DNA from: a virus
Direction: 5' to 3' (one strand)
DNA length: 64,000 bases
IMG/VR virus record: IMGVR_UViG_3300027974_000032
Span: 1-64,000 of that record
Shown: positions 54,129-64,000 of the stretch, one piece after another
How the letters are laid out: the number at the start of each line of letters is the position of its first letter
How positions within the stretch are numbered: the stretch's first letter is position 1
Position numbers and translations under genes: made by a program
Notes under the pieces: generated by a model
Database searches by the model: none
What the model was told of the DNA's origin: nothing
The model's input: only the letters and a program-made list of their open reading frames with translations

Positions 54129-57100
54129 TATGCTACCTCACTTAAATATACTGTCATTGATGGACCATTAAAATCTTTTGAGTGCTGGATATTGTAGATT
54201 ACATATCTAGAGTCTTCCTTGCCAGCCTTATTTACGCTATTTTGTGAATAATTAATTTTAACAATATCTCCAAGTTGCAATGTCGGAGTTGAGAAAATCT
54301 TAATACCAAATGATTTTCTTGGTTTAGTTATTTTAGATGTTACCCACTTCATAAGTTCGTTGGCATCATCTTCTGTCTGAATGTATGGAACATTTAAAGA
54401 AAAATCTTTTTTGCCATAAGTCATTCTACTAAGTTTAATATCTTCATATGCTTTTTCTATTTTAAAAGGAGAGGATATTAATTGGTTATTTTTAAACTCT
54501 GGATTTGAAAAATCGCTATTTTTTGAAAAATAATCATCTACAGTTAAGGAGTTTCTTGATTCTTGTGTAAAGGTTATTCCCTGAATTCTTAAATAGTTTC
54601 CAGTAGTTTCATCTAGGCTAAGTGCGGTATCTGTTGCATTGAATATCATAAACTCAGCACCATAAGATCCTGCTCTAAATCCAGAAACAGTATATCCTTT
54701 AATTCTGTTAAAAGTTGGTGATAACTTTGCATACAGAGCGGGGTACGCTTTATCATATCTAATATTAAAGGTTGAGGCTTCACGCATAATGGTACCAAAC
54801 TCTTCAAAATAAATCTTATACTCTGGAGGTTGATTTGGACTTATTCCAGATAGATAAGTTCCTTGTATGATTCCACTCATTGCATATTTTCTGAATGACT
54901 CATTTGCATCTATTTCTGCATCATCAAATATTGAGTTAACTGGTGTATCAAGAACAAACGATGTATTTTGGCTATAGTTATTTGTCAGTGCATAAATATT
55001 TTCAAACATAATTCTTGAAGATCCTCTTACGAACAAAGCCATATTATTATATACTGGAAGAGGAGTTGTATCATCAACGGTTGTAATTAATTTATTATTT
55101 ATATATAGGTAGAATCTTCTAATGTTTCCAATATCTTGATACTCTACAGATAAGTCGTATACCGTTGGATTTTGCTCAGAAGCCATCCTGTATTGACCTG
55201 TAAATTTTCCATCGTCTACAATAATATTGGACAATCCTTCCCAAAGTTTTACTGGAATAGCGTTACCTTCATTTTGCTCTATTTTATAAAATAAAATGTT
55301 GTTTACATTTGCAGACTCCAAAGAATTTAAATCAGTTGTACCTAATGCAACAATTTCAAAATAATATCCATTATTTGTTTCTGGATTAATCAGAACACCT
55401 AATCCACCAGAACCACCAGCAATTGTAATTGTTTGATCTGGTGTTGAGCCAGGAACTACATAATATGTTGAACTGCCAATGGCTGTTTGTCCACGATCCA
55501 TATTATTTTCTATTTTTCCAATAACTCTCATCCTTGTTCCAAAGTGCTTATATCTGTCATTTAATGGTTTCTTGACATATGATATAAAATCAAGAGGTGA
55601 TTCTGTAGTTGTAAATGATGGTCCATTCATTAATAATGCTGATGACTGTATTGTTCCAGTTTGAGTAACCCTCATATTTGCAACATCCGACTCAGTTGTA
55701 TAGTTAGATGACAAAAAGTTTCTGATAATTCCATTACGTGTAGTTTTTTCTGCAAGTGTTTTATTTATTCCAGCAGTACCAATTGATGTTGTTGGTGGTG
55801 TAAGACCATTTGTAAATAAGTATTTTGACTGCATCGTACAACCTTGAACGTTTTCATTATTTGACCAATAAGGGTCTAGGCCAGCAGAGTGTGATGTAAC
55901 TGGAGTTCCAAATTGTGCACGTCCATGTTTTGCAACTGCACCATTTTTAAGTCGTAGAGTTCCATTAACTTCTTCATAGTTTGGTTCAGAGTAGATACGT
56001 ACTAGTCCTGTTGGATAGATCTTTCCATTAAAAGGAAGTTTAGAAAAATAGTTTTCGTACTCTTGTACATTATTAATCCACACATTGCCATAGCCAGATA
56101 TATTATATTCAACTGCATCAAACTTTATAATCTCTCCATTTGAATAAAAGTATCCATTATATCTTGTAATCCAGTAAACTCCCTCTCCAAGATCCATAGT
56201 ATTGTTAATTAATCGATTACCAGATACAGTTGGAACGGATGCAGATAGGTTTGAATTTAATGGAATAGCGCTAAGCATATACGTTGACTGATTTCCTACC
56301 TGATTATTTACAGATTTTGTTGTAGAGGTACCACTAACTTCCCACAGAAGTACAGGCTTATATATCCATGTCTTTTCTGCATCAACAAGGTTTGCTTGTC
56401 TAATTGAGCCTATTGATCTTTGAATATATCTTGTTTCATAATTAATGACACCATCGTTATATACTGTTGTGTCCTGACCACTTATTTCAATTATGTTTGC
56501 ATTATTTGTATCACCATCTAAAACAAAATCTGTTGATCTTTCTGACTCTAAAGGCATAACGAAGTTTTTACTCATCATGACAAAGTTGTTATACTCATCA
56601 AAAAACATTGCTGTTTGTGTTGATACTGCTAGGTCTTGTAATATTTCTGCGACATTCTTATCTGGCGGTATAAAGAAATATGGAATAACAAGATCCTTTT
56701 CTCCATCAACTCTGTTAAAAGCATAGTTAGAAAATCCGATTGAATCAAGCAGTAGTGATACTGCTGCAGATAAAGATGTATTTGTTGATAGTATTTGTGG
56801 AGCAATTAATGATTCAAAATAAAAATATAAGTCTCTTAAACTAAGTTCAATCCTTTTTGATGAATTATCTATAGATGGAAATCCTTCTGAATACATAGTC
56901 TTAATTGGTACGTAATAATCATACCCACCAACATCTACAACTATTTCATAAAACTTAAACTGGATATGTCTTGAAATATAGTCCTTAATTATGCTATCTG
57001 CATTATTTGATTGAAAGGCATCATCATAATCAAAGAGTGTAACTGATCCAGTTGATGCAAGTAGTTGACTTACTGGCATTCCAGTAATGCCAAGGTCTGA

Positions 57101-58354
57101 TGCCATTTTTGTAACATTGTAAGAAGATGTCTTGTCTGAAAGGTTCACTGAAAGTCTTGGTGATAACTCTATCAAGTCAAAAGTTGCATCCACCTTGTTC
57201 ATTGTGTCTACCACGACCCTAATTCCAGAAATGTAATCTAGTTCACGATATACAGTTGAGTTGTCCGTAGTGCTTGTATACTTTAGTGGACTTGTTAAGT
57301 CTGTTACAAAGTTAGTTAGTCTTGTTACTGTTTCATCCTCTAGTTGCCACCCATATGTTGGGGTAAAGTTTTCGTACTCAGTTCCCGTCCAAATATAGTA
57401 TTTGCCTATGTCGGATTCATTTGCTGAAACTAAATATGCATACCCAGTTACAGATTTTTGTGGCAACCAGGAGACTGATGAGTGTGACTCTGCAAAAACA
57501 AAAGTATCTCTATACTTGTCTGGAATAATTAACCCATAAGAAAGTTCAACATATCCATCTGCTGCAATTACTGGATCGCCATTTTTTCTAGTTGATGATT
57601 GATTAAATGATAAAACATCCACCCAATTATTTGACTTTAAAGACTGAACCTTCCATCTTACTGGAGTTGTTTTATTAGCATTTCCATAAAATGGATCTGA
57701 AAATGTTGACGATGAGTTAGAAAATGTACCTAGGTCTAAACTTCCGACATTTGTTTGCATCTTAATAATAATCTTATTTGTAGGAATTTTATTTTCATAT
57801 ACAACAAATGGTGCTGAGTCTTCAATATTATATTGACCGTTAATTAACTTATTAGCAATACCATATTCCACACCACCCTCTGTTCTGTAAGATGACCAGT
57901 ACTTAAATTGATCATTTTTATCTGCCATATAATACCTTGGTCTTTTTGCCATATTTACATTAGAGTGGTGAAGATATGAATTAGAGAAATACCTTGCTTT
58001 GTTAATTCCTGATCTTGGTCTAAATGGTTTAAAGCAGTCTTCTAGAGAGTAGAGCATTTTAATTTTATCTTTTGTTGCCGTTAATGTAAATGGTACATTG
58101 CTGTCATCTATACCTCCATCAATAACAACATCTGCATCTGTCGCATTTGTATAATAATTGCCCTGATCATTTGGGTCAAAGGTGTTTGTAATTGTTTGAT
58201 AGTTTGACCCAGAAGTTGTAGGTCTATATCTATAGTTACCAATTTTAAATATATTATCTGGCATATTCATATTCCACTCTGCGATCACCGCAGATTGTGT
58301 TTTTACAACAGAAGATGTTTGTAAATGATTTTTTAGTTCATCATTTTTAAACAT
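54128..58354 (-). CDS. large minor tail / tail-tip protein
   Basis: About 1408 aa after TMP and distal-tail-like gene; LQLGDIV C-terminal motif. Confidence 0.7.
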   Translation of the reverse strand: MFKNDELKNHLQTSSVVKTQSAVIAEWNMNMPDNIFKIGNYRYRPTTSGSNYQTITNTFDPNDQGNYYTNATDADVVIDGGIDDSNVPFTLTATKDKIKMLYSLEDCFKPFRPRSGINKARYFSNSYLHHSNVNMAKRPRYYMADKNDQFKYWSSYRTEGGVEYGIANKLINGQYNIEDSAPFVVYENKIPTNKIIIKMQTNVGSLDLGTFSNSSSTFSDPFYGNANKTTPVRWKVQSLKSNNWVDVLSFNQSSTRKNGDPVIAADGYVELSYGLIIPDKYRDTFVFAESHSSVSWLPQKSVTGYAYLVSANESDIGKYYIWTGTEYENFTPTYGWQLEDETVTRLTNFVTDLTSPLKYTSTTDNSTVYRELDYISGIRVVVDTMNKVDATFDLIELSPRLSVNLSDKTSSYNVTKMASDLGITGMPVSQLLASTGSVTLFDYDDAFQSNNADSIIKDYISRHIQFKFYEIVVDVGGYDYYVPIKTMYSEGFPSIDNSSKRIELSLRDLYFYFESLIAPQILSTNTSLSAAVSLLLDSIGFSNYAFNRVDGEKDLVIPYFFIPPDKNVAEILQDLAVSTQTAMFFDEYNNFVMMSKNFVMPLESERSTDFVLDGDTNNANIIEISGQDTTVYNDGVINYETRYIQRSIGSIRQANLVDAEKTWIYKPVLLWEVSGTSTTKSVNNQVGNQSTYMLSAIPLNSNLSASVPTVSGNRLINNTMDLGEGVYWITRYNGYFYSNGEIIKFDAVEYNISGYGNVWINNVQEYENYFSKLPFNGKIYPTGLVRIYSEPNYEEVNGTLRLKNGAVAKHGRAQFGTPVTSHSAGLDPYWSNNENVQGCTMQSKYLFTNGLTPPTTSIGTAGINKTLAEKTTRNGIIRNFLSSNYTTESDVANMRVTQTGTIQSSALLMNGPSFTTTESPLDFISYVKKPLNDRYKHFGTRMRVIGKIENNMDRGQTAIGSSTYYVVPGSTPDQTITIAGGSGGLGVLINPETNNGYYFEIVALGTTDLNSLESANVNNILFYKIEQNEGNAIPVKLWEGLSNIIVDDGKFTGQYRMASEQNPTVYDLSVEYQDIGNIRRFYLYINNKLITTVDDTTPLPVYNNMALFVRGSSRIMFENIYALTNNYSQNTSFVLDTPVNSIFDDAEIDANESFRKYAMSGIIQGTYLSGISPNQPPEYKIYFEEFGTIMREASTFNIRYDKAYPALYAKLSPTFNRIKGYTVSGFRAGSYGAEFMIFNATDTALSLDETTGNYLRIQGITFTQESRNSLTVDDYFSKNSDFSNPEFKNNQLISSPFKIEKAYEDIKLSRMTYGKKDFSLNVPYIQTEDDANELMKWVTSKITKPRKSFGIKIFSTPTLQLGDIVKINYSQNSVNKAGKEDSRYVIYNIQHSKDFNGPSMTVYLSEVA

Positions 58355-59052
58355 TATGCCTCTTCCAGTGTTACAGAAACATTCCAAAAATCAAAATTAG
58401 AATTTCCACGTTTAACAACTGTATATGAAAAATCTGATATAAACATTTCTACAACTTGGTTATATTGAGATAGATGGCCATAGGCAGAATCATTTTTCCC
58501 AAATTCAGAATATTTATCATAAGCAAGATAAACCCAGAAAGATCCTTTATGGTTTTCATACCAATCTAAAAGTTCAACTCCTCCTGCACCACCATCAGTT
58601 GTATACTGCTGAGCAAGTATTGTTTGGTTTGGAAGAATAGCAAAACTACCATCTGAATCTGGATTTCTAGACCCAGTTGTTTCTAATGATGTTTTCCCTG
58701 TTGTAGAATTAAATTCTGGGGCAAGGGCGTGTGCTCTTGATGGCAACATGTTCCATGATGTGGATAGGGTTAGTTTATCTGCAGTATGATAAGATCTCAT
58801 TCTGCCATTAATCATTCTTTCACGCTTTTCTATTCTAACATTTTTAAGATCTAATTGTGACCTATTGTCATCTGAAAGAATTAAAAATTGATCTAACTTA
58901 TTTGGGTCAGATTCTGCTCCTGGGTCTGAGCCTATTTCTAAGCCATTTGGAATATAAAGACCATTAATTAGTGTTCCAGAATTTTCTGACCATAGGATTG
59001 CTTGTGGTCTTCCATATTTTTTTCTTCCATTCATATATCCTGTAGTTGCCAT
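58354..59052 (-). CDS. distal-tail-like protein
   Basis: Follows TMP; RMINGRMR...K...SW...WNVSVTLEE. Confidence 0.65.
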   Translation of the reverse strand: MATTGYMNGRKKYGRPQAILWSENSGTLINGLYIPNGLEIGSDPGAESDPNKLDQFLILSDDNRSQLDLKNVRIEKRERMINGRMRSYHTADKLTLSTSWNMLPSRAHALAPEFNSTTGKTSLETTGSRNPDSDGSFAILPNQTILAQQYTTDGGAGGVELLDWYENHKGSFWVYLAYDKYSEFGKNDSAYGHLSQYNQVVEMFISDFSYTVVKRGNSNFDFWNVSVTLEEA

Positions 59053-62000
59053 TATAGTCTTGAACTCCTAATTCTTTGTGAATCAATTTGCTTAATGTGT
59101 GACATAACTGATCTTGCAATTTCGTCTGGATTTGCATCAGACTTTACATTTACACTAAGACTATAATTATACACTGAGTCGCCCACTGAATCCCCATTAT
59201 TAATTGCCTTCATTTTTTCTACTCCATGAGTATCAACTGCATACTTGCTCATAACAAACTCTCCTGGAGTAAGTCTTGCTGCAACAGTATCAGACCCCAT
59301 AGCAAATCCACCAACAGCAAATGATTTTGGAATCATTCCTCCAGTGTAAAGACCCATTGACTTCATTGCTTGACCTGTGTATCTTGCTGTTGAAAGTGCT
59401 CCAGCAGTTCCACCAAGAGATTTTGTCATTGTAGGAGATGCAATTAGTGCCCTTGACATATTAATTGCAATTGATTCTGGAGAAAGAATATCCTGAGCAA
59501 GTCCAACCGCCTTATTTAAACTTGCTGTATTGGTTGCTTTGCGAACAGCAAGACCTGCAATCTTACCCATAGATGCGGTAATTTCTTGAGCATCAGCATT
59601 TAGTGCATCCATTGCTTTAAGTGCAGCAAGTGCCTCTGCTGAGGCTGCTGCTGCTTCTGCTGCTGCAGCATCTGCTGCTGCTGCTGCTGAATCTGCAAAC
59701 TCTTTCTTTGCATCATCGCTGGCTTCAGGATCTACCACTACTGGTGGTGGCTTTGGAGTACCATCTCCTGGTCCAACCACTAATCCGCTTCCAGGAAGGG
59801 TTGCGCCACTTCTTAGTCTATCTAGTTCTGCAAAAGCAGCACGTGCTGCTGCTGCTACTGCATCAATTGCCAACTTCAGCGCATCAGCGTCACCTTTAGC
59901 ACCCTTAAGAATATTATTTAAGAAGTTTGGATCATTAATATCTATACCAGCGCTCTTTGCTAAATCTAGTGCAGTAACTGCTGCATCAATTTGGGCTTTT
60001 GTCATTCCAAAATACATAATAGATTCTTTTTGTTTTTCAATTACACGCTCTAGTGCTACCTTTTCAGCAGTAATCTTATCTATATTGTCTTGTATTTTAA
60101 CTGCTTCTTTTTCAAGGTCCCATAATTTTTCTTTTTGAATTTTAGCAATATCCATTGCTAATTGCTTATTTTGTTTTTCTAAAGCAGTTCTTCCAAGAGC
60201 ATTAATTTGATTATCTCTTGAATTTGTTAATGCAGTAGACATTGTGCTCATACCCTGTGCTGCCTGTCGTGCTCTTTCATCTTGTACAATGCCTGCTGCT
60301 GCAGATATATCTCCACGACTTAATGCATCAGCAAGTGATAGTCTATTCTTTTGTGCTGCTGCAATATCTTCATTAATTGTCTTTATCTTATCAAGTGCTT
60401 TTACCTGTTCATCATATTTAGCATTAATCTCGTCTTCTGCTAAAGCAATTTTTTGAAGTTCATAGTCATTGACTTTAATTTTATATTCAAGTGGTGCAAT
60501 TTTTGCATCTGTAATTTTCTTTATTTCAGCATTTACACCCTCAAGAGCAATTTGTTGCTCAAGGATTTGATCATTATATTTTTTAAATGTTGGAGCATTC
60601 TGCATATCAATCAGATGCTCTGTAAGAGCAATATATGCTTGAGCCATCTTGAGTCTAGATAGTTCATAATCTCCCTGATCCTGTGTTGCAATTGCAACCT
60701 TTTCTGCTTTTTTCTTTTCCTCATTGTATTTCTTTATTGCATCTAGTGCTTCTTTCCATTTTGCAGAAGTCTTATCAATTGCAAGAATAGCCTTTGCCAT
60801 ATCTGGATTTGAAGCAATCTCCATTGCCATTGCAGCATCAATACCCGCTGCCCTTAATTTGATTAAAGCACCAGTTTGGTTTGTTACTTCTTTTATTTTG
60901 GCAGCCATGTCCTTAAAGAAATCATATGTGTCGTTTCCACCTGTTGATGTTCCGTTTCCAGCAGAATTTGCAGCATCATTAAATCCTTTAATCATAGCAA
61001 TAGTTGCTGCAATTTCTTTTTGAAGATCTTTAGTCCATTTATTTGCAGCAATATTTGCTTCATTACGTCTTTTTGCAGCATCTGCACTTAAGTCTGCTGC
61101 CTTGCCTGCTGCTATGTTAGCATCTGCAACTGCATTAAGAGAACTTGCTAGCCTATAAGCAATTGCTGCTTGAGTAATCATTTCTACTGAAACCCCTGCA
61201 GTTGCTGCCTTAAGCAATAAAGAACCATCCTTAAAACTACTTACACCCTTTGTTACTGCAGCAAGTTCAGGATTTATCATCATAATTGCTTTTCTCATTA
61301 AGAATAGTTGTGCATTGCTTCCTGGTACCTGCTTTTTAATAGTGCCGATCATGGTATCAAATGATGAATTAAACTTCTTAAGATCTATCTGTCCAGTTTG
61401 AGTTAGTCTACTTAGGCTCTTAGAGTATGATGAAATACCTGTTGCTGCGTTAGTAAGTGCAGCCCTCTGCTCATCAAATAACTTTGCGCTAATAAATTTA
61501 CTAATATCTTTTTTACTTGCTCCAGTTGAAGCATAAGACTTATCAATTTGGTCTTTTACTTTTCTATAATCATTTTCAAACTTCTTGCTAAATCCTTGAA
61601 GTCCAACTCCAAGTTGTGCATTTAACTTTCCAAACCCTGCATCATCAAATGTAATGTCTTTGAAATTAAGGTTGAGATCTTTCTTTCCAGCCTCTTCTCT
61701 GATAGTATCAATTAAGAGTTGTACTTTTTCTTTTGCCAAGCCCTGAGACATTAACTCAAGACCCTTAAATGTAAGGGCTGCCTTGGCTTTTTCATCACTT
61801 AGGTTTGATACTGCTGTTATTGTTGAACCATAAGACTTCTTAAATCCTGGGTCTGATAACAAAGACTCTCTGGATGTTCTTGTTTGCGATCCAGTCACAT
61901 CATTTGCTTTACCAGCCCTAAATGTTTCTAGTGGTCCCTTTTGTGGGATAAGGCTAAAGTAATCTGCTAGAAATTTTGTCTGATCTGTAGTTGTCTTTAA

Positions 62001-64000
62001 CGCATCTGTGAATGCCTCGACTTGTTGGCGTTCTTTTTCTTTTGCGCTATTGTATGCTTTAATGGCAATAACTCCTGCAATTAATGCTATAGATGCAAGA
62101 CCAAAACCAACTTTAAACTTTGTAACAAATTCCATCATCTTAGTTCCAGTAAGCATTTGCAAGATAGATGAGAATGCAAAAAGTGGACCAGAAATCTGGA
62201 AAGCAACTTCAGATAGTTTACCAAGGTTTCCTCCAGCAGTCTGAGCAATGCCAGATAATGCTGTTAGTGCAAACATTCCACCCATAACTCTTCTGTTTAA
62301 CTTATCCATACTTTCATTAAGTTTTACTTGTTTCTTTACTGCATCAGATTTAGCCAATGAGTCTTTAGTCACTCTTGATTGATCTGCTAATGAGTTTAAT
62401 GGTACTCCCGCTCCCCCAGCAATTCCACCTGGACTAAATGCGTCAGTTGCATATGGTAGGTTTGTGGCTGGATTAATAAGTTTTTTAATTGCAACATTTC
62501 CTAATTGCTGTGCTGCATTTGCAACCTTTGCTTGGCTATTAACCAAGCCAATCTTCATTCCGTCACCTACATTTTCACCTTGTACAATTGCATCCTTCGA
62601 TGGTGACTTTGACTTTGTACCACGAGCAATTCCATCAATTAAAGATTCACCAAGTTGCGTTCCTTCTCTTTTTAAAATTACATCTAATTTTGCTGAAAGA
62701 TTTTTTACATATGGAACCATTTGTGCTTCAAGTTCAGCAACTGTTCCAGTTACGGACTGAGCCATGTGAGCCATTTGTGCTTTTACAAATTGACCTTTAC
62801 CAGATTCAGGAATATTTGGTGTCACTGGATTTTGAATATTTTGCATCATAGCCCAACTCTTTGAACCACTTTGAGAACTACTACTTGGTAAATCTTGTCT
62901 TTGGAATACGTTTGGATTTAATCTTGATGCTAAATCAAATGCTGCAGAGCCTCTTGATTTGTAAGATCCTTGTCCAGGAATTCCAGTTCTGCTTGTAAGT
63001 GTATTTGATTCTGGATTATAATTTGTTCCACTGATTGCACCAACTGGTCCAATAGTAGTAATTTCCTGAATAGATCTTTCAAATGCTGTTGCCATATCTT
63101 TTCCAGCAAGTTGAACTCCTTTTGCAACATCTCTCATTGCTGGTATTACTATTGATTCAAAGTCTGAATCTACCAAAAACTCTTTTCCAGAATTTGCTAG
63201 TGCATCTGCTGCAGAGTTTACAAATAAGTCACCAACTCTTCTAAACTCTTCAAGGTTTCTTGGGTCATTAATTTTAATTCCCATTTCTTTTGCCATTACT
63301 GCAAACAGAGGCGCTGCTGCTGCAGCACCTGATTGTTTTAGTGATGCTACAACATCTGCTGTTGCTGCGCCTTGACCACCTTGTTGACCAGTCTTAGCAT
63401 TCATCCATTCCTGCATAAACAAAGTTATATTTTTAAATCCTTTTACATCTTGTGTTCCAGAAGATGCTCCTCCTGGCATTGATCCACCAACCAAAGTTGT
63501 TGGGCTTTTAAATCCTGCAATATTTCCAGCAATAAGTCCCTTGACCATTCCAGGATATTTTTTAACAGTTCCTGCTGAAAGAATTGCTTCACCATTAGAT
63601 GCCATGATTGGAACAGAATCAGACTTTGGACCACCAGGACCTGAAATAATTCCACCCTCTGCAAACTTTTTTGGCATACGGCCTGGAAGCATCATTCCTG
63701 GATTTGCTGCTGCAAACCTTTGAGAGGCAGCAGTACCATTTACATATGCACGTGTTAATGCTTCAACTGCTGCTGCTTCACTTGTAAACTGTTGAGTTAA
63801 CTTGGCATGTACTTGATCAAGCGAGTGTGCTGCTGCTGCAGCATCTAACTGCTCCGTTGTCATGTAAGTTGTTTCTTGTCCTAAAAGATGTGATTGACCA
63901 GTTAATCCCAAGTATCCATTTCTTAGAGTTAAAAATAATTTAATTATGTTACCAACACCGTTAGCAAGAAGACCAAATGTCATTAGTAGCACTGGTCCTA
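59052..64000 (-). CDS. tail tape measure protein (5' end beyond window)
   Basis: >1646 aa, Ala-rich helical with hydrophobic segments; GG...SDxV.A.L..GE.V motifs. Confidence 0.85.
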   Translation of the reverse strand, partial: GPVLLMTFGLLANGVGNIIKLFLTLRNGYLGLTGQSHLLGQETTYMTTEQLDAAAAAHSLDQVHAKLTQQFTSEAAAVEALTRAYVNGTAASQRFAAANPGMMLPGRMPKKFAEGGIISGPGGPKSDSVPIMASNGEAILSAGTVKKYPGMVKGLIAGNIAGFKSPTTLVGGSMPGGASSGTQDVKGFKNITLFMQEWMNAKTGQQGGQGAATADVVASLKQSGAAAAAPLFAVMAKEMGIKINDPRNLEEFRRVGDLFVNSAADALANSGKEFLVDSDFESIVIPAMRDVAKGVQLAGKDMATAFERSIQEITTIGPVGAISGTNYNPESNTLTSRTGIPGQGSYKSRGSAAFDLASRLNPNVFQRQDLPSSSSQSGSKSWAMMQNIQNPVTPNIPESGKGQFVKAQMAHMAQSVTGTVAELEAQMVPYVKNLSAKLDVILKREGTQLGESLIDGIARGTKSKSPSKDAIVQGENVGDGMKIGLVNSQAKVANAAQQLGNVAIKKLINPATNLPYATDAFSPGGIAGGAGVPLNSLADQSRVTKDSLAKSDAVKKQVKLNESMDKLNRRVMGGMFALTALSGIAQTAGGNLGKLSEVAFQISGPLFAFSSILQMLTGTKMMEFVTKFKVGFGLASIALIAGVIAIKAYNSAKEKERQQVEAFTDALKTTTDQTKFLADYFSLIPQKGPLETFRAGKANDVTGSQTRTSRESLLSDPGFKKSYGSTITAVSNLSDEKAKAALTFKGLELMSQGLAKEKVQLLIDTIREEAGKKDLNLNFKDITFDDAGFGKLNAQLGVGLQGFSKKFENDYRKVKDQIDKSYASTGASKKDISKFISAKLFDEQRAALTNAATGISSYSKSLSRLTQTGQIDLKKFNSSFDTMIGTIKKQVPGSNAQLFLMRKAIMMINPELAAVTKGVSSFKDGSLLLKAATAGVSVEMITQAAIAYRLASSLNAVADANIAAGKAADLSADAAKRRNEANIAANKWTKDLQKEIAATIAMIKGFNDAANSAGNGTSTGGNDTYDFFKDMAAKIKEVTNQTGALIKLRAAGIDAAMAMEIASNPDMAKAILAIDKTSAKWKEALDAIKKYNEEKKKAEKVAIATQDQGDYELSRLKMAQAYIALTEHLIDMQNAPTFKKYNDQILEQQIALEGVNAEIKKITDAKIAPLEYKIKVNDYELQKIALAEDEINAKYDEQVKALDKIKTINEDIAAAQKNRLSLADALSRGDISAAAGIVQDERARQAAQGMSTMSTALTNSRDNQINALGRTALEKQNKQLAMDIAKIQKEKLWDLEKEAVKIQDNIDKITAEKVALERVIEKQKESIMYFGMTKAQIDAAVTALDLAKSAGIDINDPNFLNNILKGAKGDADALKLAIDAVAAAARAAFAELDRLRSGATLPGSGLVVGPGDGTPKPPPVVVDPEASDDAKKEFADSAAAAADAAAAEAAAASAEALAALKAMDALNADAQEITASMGKIAGLAVRKATNTASLNKAVGLAQDILSPESIAINMSRALIASPTMTKSLGGTAGALSTARYTGQAMKSMGLYTGGMIPKSFAVGGFAMGSDTVAARLTPGEFVMSKYAVDTHGVEKMKAINNGDSVGDSVYNYSLSVNVKSDANPDEIARSVMSHIKQIDSQRIRSSRL

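Noticed and set aside
1-64000. Stop-codon reassignment
   Set aside because: Core genes are intact in code 11, all three stops end genes, no suppressor tRNA seen
1-64000. Bacterial chromosome or integrated prophage
   Set aside because: No ribosomal/housekeeping operons, integrase or att site in the window; dnaE/recA/dnaB are interleaved with terminase and tail genes

Overview
AT-rich, gene-dense segment of a large tailed dsDNA phage, most likely a siphovirus of Actinobacteria (whiB, host-type sigmaA promoters, many leaderless genes; low GC suggests a freshwater acI/Nanopelagicales-type host - inference). Right half (36.7-64 kb, all minus strand) is core: tape measure and minor tail genes, DnaB, primase, SSB, DnaE, RecA, Cas4-like nuclease, RuvC-like resolvase, terminase. 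Left half (1-36.7 kb) is accessory: 7 tRNAs (including a rare tRNA-Ile UAU), about 9 2OG-Fe(II)/cupin oxygenases, 3 sulfotransferase-like genes, an APS kinase-nucleotidyltransferase fusion with three DUF2061 proteins, two RsmI-like methyltransferases, glycosyl-/carbamoyl-/nucleotidyltransferases, Dps, Hsp20, CHAP lysin and five signal-peptide proteins. Best leads: two tandem, separately promoted structured RNAs between hsp20 and an HNH gene (9790-10005); a ROSE-type thermometer on hsp20; a candidate minimal PAPS synthase/sulfation module; a hydroxylation-glycosylation pathway next to a Pro-rich surface protein; a possible translation-remodelling set (RsmI x2, JmjC, tRNA-Ile UAU, leaderless and ATT starts). 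All family calls are by motif recognition only; no searches were run.
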